Assembly: GCA_944389535.1 (NCBI GenBank)
Contig: CALXMS010000001.1
Span: 214,178-278,177, forward strand
Length of the DNA: 64,000 bases
DNA from: an uncultured Alphaproteobacteria bacterium
GTDB lineage: Bacteria > Pseudomonadota > Alphaproteobacteria > Rs-D84
Direction: 5' to 3'
Shown piece after piece: positions 59,935-64,000 of the stretch (its first letter is position 1; each line of letters starts with the position of its first letter). Below the pieces are notes generated by a model. The model worked only from the letters and a program-made list of their open reading frames with translations, had not been told where the DNA came from and did not search any database. The translations under genes and the position numbers were made by a program.

Positions 59935-60276
59935 ATGTTTGAAGCAGGACAAATAATAGACAAAGAACAACACATTATGTTTGCTAATTGGAAGGCTATG
60001 AATCCTTGTAATTTATATAGCGTGCCAGTTGGTGACGGAATGTATCGTTTAGAAGAAACTATAATATCAGAATTAGACATTTCTGTATCTATTAAGCGGG
60101 CGGAAAGAGACTTGATATTGGCTAACACCGATAAATATATGATATCAGATTTTCCAATATGCGAAGAAGAAAGGCAAAAGATGATCTCATATCGTCAATA
60201 TTTACGTGACGTACCGCAATCTAAAGATTTTCCGAATATAGAGATAAAAAAATTTGAACAATTCGAAATAATTTAA
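59935..60276 (+). CDS. Phage tail fibre assembly chaperone
   Basis: RAERD.IL..TD.YM..DFP...YRQYLRDVPQ..DFP. Confidence 0.8.
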   Translation: MFEAGQIIDKEQHIMFANWKAMNPCNLYSVPVGDGMYRLEETIISELDISVSIKRAERDLILANTDKYMISDFPICEEERQKMISYRQYLRDVPQSKDFPNIEIKKFEQFEII

Positions 60277-60287
60277 GTGATAAAATT

Positions 60288-60312
60288 AAGCCCGTATATT
60301 TACGGGCTTTTT
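60288..60312. terminator. Bidirectional terminator
   Basis: AAGCCCGTA...TACGGGCTTTTT. Confidence 0.8.
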
Positions 60313-61039
60313 ATTTATCAATTTTTTCACCGGTTTCTGCGTTTATTTTTTCTTTTTTTATAATTATTGTTTTATTCTCGTAACGTGGCGCATCTTGTTC
60401 TTTTATTTCTGTTTTCCAGTATACCGCACCGTCAGATTTTCTGACCGCGTATAAATAATTATCTGTTCCGACTATAAATATGGCATTATCTGTAATTATA
60501 AATGGTAGAGAGGTACTGATTGCTGTGCACCATTTTTTTGCCCCAGATGTTGAATTTATTCGGCAAAATGCGTCACCCAAACCACCCGCATAAACATTAC
60601 CATTTTCTACAATTAATGGAGCCACTATATCAACAATTGAAGCACCACCAGTCATATTACTTGTCCGGAAAACGTCAGCTATCCACATGATTTTTTTGCT
60701 TTTTGGTGCTATTTTTATAACTTCACCGGTCGTTAGCCCCGCATACACATATCCGTCTTTACAAACCGGTTTTTGTGTGCTTTCAACCGCGTTACTAGTC
60801 GGAAAACCGCTGAAAATTTTTCTGTCCCCGTCACGTATAACGTTTGAAGAGTCCTGGGTATAAGGACATTCTTCGTAATTATACATATCAATGCTTTCTG
60901 GCAGACCGTCAATGGTTTGATTGATTATTGTCAGGTTTTGTGTTTCAAAAATAGGCGTGCGTTCGCCGGGTAATATAGGGTCATGCTCTGCACAGCTGCA
61001 TAAGAGAAGTAAACAACAAAATCCTGCAATTTTTCGCAT
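60311..61039 (-). CDS. BamB-like PQQ-repeat lipoprotein (short)
   Basis: Lipobox LCSC, LPGER motif, W-ending propeller blades (G.K.W, DGAVYW); yfgM-bamB-der synteny. Confidence 0.75.
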   Translation of the reverse strand: MRKIAGFCCLLLLCSCAEHDPILPGERTPIFETQNLTIINQTIDGLPESIDMYNYEECPYTQDSSNVIRDGDRKIFSGFPTSNAVESTQKPVCKDGYVYAGLTTGEVIKIAPKSKKIMWIADVFRTSNMTGGASIVDIVAPLIVENGNVYAGGLGDAFCRINSTSGAKKWCTAISTSLPFIITDNAIFIVGTDNYLYAVRKSDGAVYWKTEIKEQDAPRYENKTIIIKKEKINAETGEKIDK

Positions 61040-61055
61040 GTTTTTATCTTTCCGA

Positions 61056-61706
61056 TTATCTTAAAGATTGCGCAGCTGCAGATATGCCTGCAGGAGCCGC
61101 TTCGTCGTTTATTATAATGTCTAACCATTTAAGCGCGTGTTCACGATCGCCACTTGATAAGTATTTTTCAGCAATTTTTAGACGGCTTGTATAATAATAA
61201 GGTGACTTTTTAGTATTCAATGGTTTTAAATATTCTTCCATTTCTGCCGCCGTCATATCATCACCGCGTAAAGATACTATATGTAATCTGGCTAAATCAC
61301 GAAAATCACGTGAATTACCATCGTTGGCCAGTTTTTCTAATTTTTCTATATCGTTATCTAAAAGATATGACTGAAGAAGGGCTAAATCTGCCGTCGCGCC
61401 ACCAGCGTTTTCCGCAACAGATGTTAACATATTTGTGTCTAATTTTTGAATTGCTAGCTCATAATTTTCAGCTATTGCCATTTTGTTGGCGCGGTGAGTT
61501 CTTACGCCGATTACTACGGCTGTTGCTATAATCATTATAATTAAGGCGGCAGATATTATATATTTGTAATATTTTTTTATAAATGCCAAGGTCTTATCAT
61601 TATTTACTTCTTCCCACACTTCGCGATATAAAGCGTCTTCTGCGTATTCTTCGCGTGTTTTCTTCGTGGGTTTTAACTTTTTATTTCTTTCCAGAATGGA
61701 TGCCAT
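61056..61706 (-). CDS. YfgM-like TPR membrane protein
   Basis: REVWEEV..D....F.KKY + TM + helical repeats; upstream of the bamB-like gene. Confidence 0.7.
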   Translation of the reverse strand: MASILERNKKLKPTKKTREEYAEDALYREVWEEVNNDKTLAFIKKYYKYIISAALIIMIIATAVVIGVRTHRANKMAIAENYELAIQKLDTNMLTSVAENAGGATADLALLQSYLLDNDIEKLEKLANDGNSRDFRDLARLHIVSLRGDDMTAAEMEEYLKPLNTKKSPYYYTSRLKIAEKYLSSGDREHALKWLDIIINDEAAPAGISAAAQSLR

Positions 61707-61770
61707 TTGAAAAATCTCCTCTATTATGGTGGCTTGATAATTCTTATTTTATTGGTATACTATAAAAGTT

Positions 61771-62682
61771 ATGAAAAAGCAAATCAAGAACGCTTTACCG
61801 GTAGCACAAAATCAAAGCTTGGTTGCGGTTCGTGGTGTAAACGACGAAACCAGCCTGGCTCAATATATTCAAAATATTCAAAAATTCCCTATTCTATCGG
61901 CAGAAGAGGAATATGAATATGCAACCAAATGGGTGCGTGATAAAGATGCAACTGCCGCAGAAAAGTTGGTTGCCAGCCATTTGCGTATGGTTGTTTCTGT
62001 TGCATATGATTTTAGAAATTATGGCGTGCCTTTTGCAGAACTTATTGCCAGTGGTAATATGGGGTTAATGCAGGCTTTACAGAAATTTGATCCGGAAAAG
62101 GGTTTCAGATTTTCTACGTATGCTATGTTTTGGATAAAGGCTGAAATATACGAAACTATTTTAGATAATTGGTCAATTGTAAAAATCGGCACATCAGCTA
62201 ATCAAAAACGTGTTTTCTTTAATCTGAATAGAGCAAAACGCGCTTTGGGTATTATGGACGGTAATTTGTCGGACGACCAGACGAAACAAATTGCCGACTA
62301 TTTGAACGTGCCGGAAAACGATGTAAAAAGAATGTCTACTCGTTTATCGGCGCGTGATGTTTCTTTAAATGCTCCGGCGCATTCAGATGATGATGCGCGT
62401 GACGTTTTATCTAATATGCCAGATGACAAAGGCAGCATGGAAGACGATTTGGAAAAAATGGAATTTCGTCGCCGCGGTTATGAATTGCTAAGAAAACATT
62501 TAGAACAATTACCAGAAAGGGATAGAGATATATTACGGGCGCGACGTTTGTCTGAACCTGTTGCAACTTTGGAATCATTGTCACAGAAATATGGTATATC
62601 ACGTGAACGTGTCCGTCAGATAGAAGAACGAGCGTATAATAAATTACGTGACGCCATACTTAAAGAAGCTAAGGACGCATAA
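61771..62682 (+). CDS. rpoH: RNA polymerase sigma-32 factor
   Basis: SHLR.V, FDPEKGFRFSTYA, RpoH box WSIVKIGTSANQKRVFFNL, SRERVRQIE. Confidence 0.95.
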   Translation: MKKQIKNALPVAQNQSLVAVRGVNDETSLAQYIQNIQKFPILSAEEEYEYATKWVRDKDATAAEKLVASHLRMVVSVAYDFRNYGVPFAELIASGNMGLMQALQKFDPEKGFRFSTYAMFWIKAEIYETILDNWSIVKIGTSANQKRVFFNLNRAKRALGIMDGNLSDDQTKQIADYLNVPENDVKRMSTRLSARDVSLNAPAHSDDDARDVLSNMPDDKGSMEDDLEKMEFRRRGYELLRKHLEQLPERDRDILRARRLSEPVATLESLSQKYGISRERVRQIEERAYNKLRDAILKEAKDA

Positions 62683-62685
62683 TAA

Positions 62686-63708
62686 ATGAGATTATATATA
62701 CCAGTAATTTTAACTGTCGGTACGTTTGTTTTTTCAACTTCTGCAGATGCTTTACAATATGATAACGGGCGGTTTGGATTAAAATTAACGGGGTACGGTA
62801 CTGCCGGTATCTTAGAACCAGATTTTGAAACACCTGATTTTATAGGAGATTGGCGCGTTCGCGGTGAAATGGACTATCTGGTAACAGACGGTAATAAGTT
62901 GGGATTGGTATATGCCATAGACGCTGCCGCCGTGGATGAAGATAAATTTATGCGTGAAGCTTTTACGTACTGGCAAAACAATACATATGGTCGGGCAGAG
63001 CTTGGTTTTACAGATTCCATTGCGCGTAAATTAGGTGTGGGATTACCAGACGTTGGCGGTTTGCGCGTAAACGATAAACCATTATTTTATAAAAAAATTC
63101 ATCCGGCAGGTCCCGTCATTTCTGATACTACGTTAACAACCGGACGCAGCGCTTTGCGGTTAAATTTAGCAACCATGCCTATTGGCGCAACGCAGTATGG
63201 GTTGTCTGTATCAGGAATAACAGATGATTATGATTATGCTGTTGATGCGGCATTAAAAATACGTCAACCGACAGGTAAGGTAAAGGCCGCTTATACGGTT
63301 GGGGCATCTTTTATGTCACGTCCTGATGGTTATCGTACTGATGCCTATACGCCGTATGTTTACGCTGATTGGCGCGCCCAAGTTTCTGGTGGAATGAATT
63401 TACAATATAATAGTTGGATGTGGGGACTTACCGCAAGATTGATATACGACGAGAATCCCGTTGGGCCCATTTCAGATGGATTGGCCGTTGGTACAGGCGT
63501 TAGTTACGATATTTTAAATTATAGCATATCTTTAACATATATTTTCTCTGATACGGGCGTTTGGAACAGGGACGTTAAAGATTATATGGATCATACCGCG
63601 ATTGCGTCGTTTAGGTATAAGTATAGCGAAAACGTAGACGGTTGGATGTCGCTGGGTGTAACTACAGAAACGCCATTCTTAGCAGTTGGTATGAGATTAA
63701 CGTTCTAA
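62686..63708 (+). CDS. Porin (Gram-negative general porin-like)
   Basis: Signal peptide (ADA), YGRAELG motif, amphipathic strands, terminal GMRLTF. Confidence 0.8.
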   Translation: MRLYIPVILTVGTFVFSTSADALQYDNGRFGLKLTGYGTAGILEPDFETPDFIGDWRVRGEMDYLVTDGNKLGLVYAIDAAAVDEDKFMREAFTYWQNNTYGRAELGFTDSIARKLGVGLPDVGGLRVNDKPLFYKKIHPAGPVISDTTLTTGRSALRLNLATMPIGATQYGLSVSGITDDYDYAVDAALKIRQPTGKVKAAYTVGASFMSRPDGYRTDAYTPYVYADWRAQVSGGMNLQYNSWMWGLTARLIYDENPVGPISDGLAVGTGVSYDILNYSISLTYIFSDTGVWNRDVKDYMDHTAIASFRYKYSENVDGWMSLGVTTETPFLAVGMRLTF

Positions 63709-63744
63709 AAAAATAACACCAGAAAAATCTGGTGTTATTTTTTT
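63708..63744. terminator. Bidirectional terminator
   Basis: AAAAAATAACACCAGA...TCTGGTGTTATTTTTT. Confidence 0.8.
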
Positions 63745-64000
63745 ATGGGTTCAAGTTCCTTCGTTTCTTTCGTCTGAGGAATATAAATACGTGGGTTGCC
63801 AGAATAACCTAAGGCGGCATGGTGCGCTGGAATTAAGAATTCTGGCAGCGGACTGCATGCACCCATTGCCATAAAACCTGCAAGACGTGGATCTGCAAAT
63901 GCCATTTGTTTGTCTGCTTCTATCGGTCTGTGATACCAACCTTGGAATATTACAAGTTGTTTTTTGTCGTCTAATTTCATTATGTCCATCGGTGAATATA
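63735..64000 (-). CDS. Hypothetical protein (probably 5'-truncated by the window edge)
   Basis: Frame open to the window end; stop lies in the terminator. Confidence 0.5.
   Translation of the reverse strand, partial: YSPMDIMKLDDKKQLVIFQGWYHRPIEADKQMAFADPRLAGFMAMGACSPLPEFLIPAHHAALGYSGNPRIYIPQTKETKELEPIKK

Noticed and set aside
57400-60300. Intact prophage
   Set aside because: No integrase, packaging, capsid or lysis genes and no att sites seen

Overview
Gene-dense, AT-rich housekeeping region of a genome-reduced alphaproteobacterium (inferred from rpoH, SspB-like, yfgM-bamB-der and rsmG-parA-parB arrangements; probably a host- or gut-associated lineage). It encodes translation (pheST, type-2 ileS, metG, rpmI, rplT, rpsO, infB, infC, nusA, pnp, RNA-modification enzymes, 4 tRNAs), envelope (mreBCD, mrdA, lptF, lptD, surA, pal, porins, MacAB-TolC-like pump), fatty-acid, repair and partition functions. 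Most notable: (1) a repeated tRNA gene -> cognate-amino-acid mini leader peptide -> antiterminator/terminator -> aminoacyl-tRNA synthetase architecture (MKKAMIIIIK before ileS; MRMYN before metG) that looks like ribosome-mediated attenuation hung on tRNA promoters; (2) two GTTTCATATGAAAC-type palindromes beside parAB, together with a ParB whose DNA-specificity residues are altered (candidate variant ParB/parS pair); (3) three clustered TrpF-like TIM-barrel paralogues with no trp operon; (4) an orphan T7-type tail fibre plus chaperone inserted between bamB and der behind a promoter/operator/double-hairpin leader; (5) a MetRS carrying a PheT-B2-like C-terminal domain. No CRISPR array, rRNA or transposase was seen. 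All calls are by eye from motifs; no searches were run.
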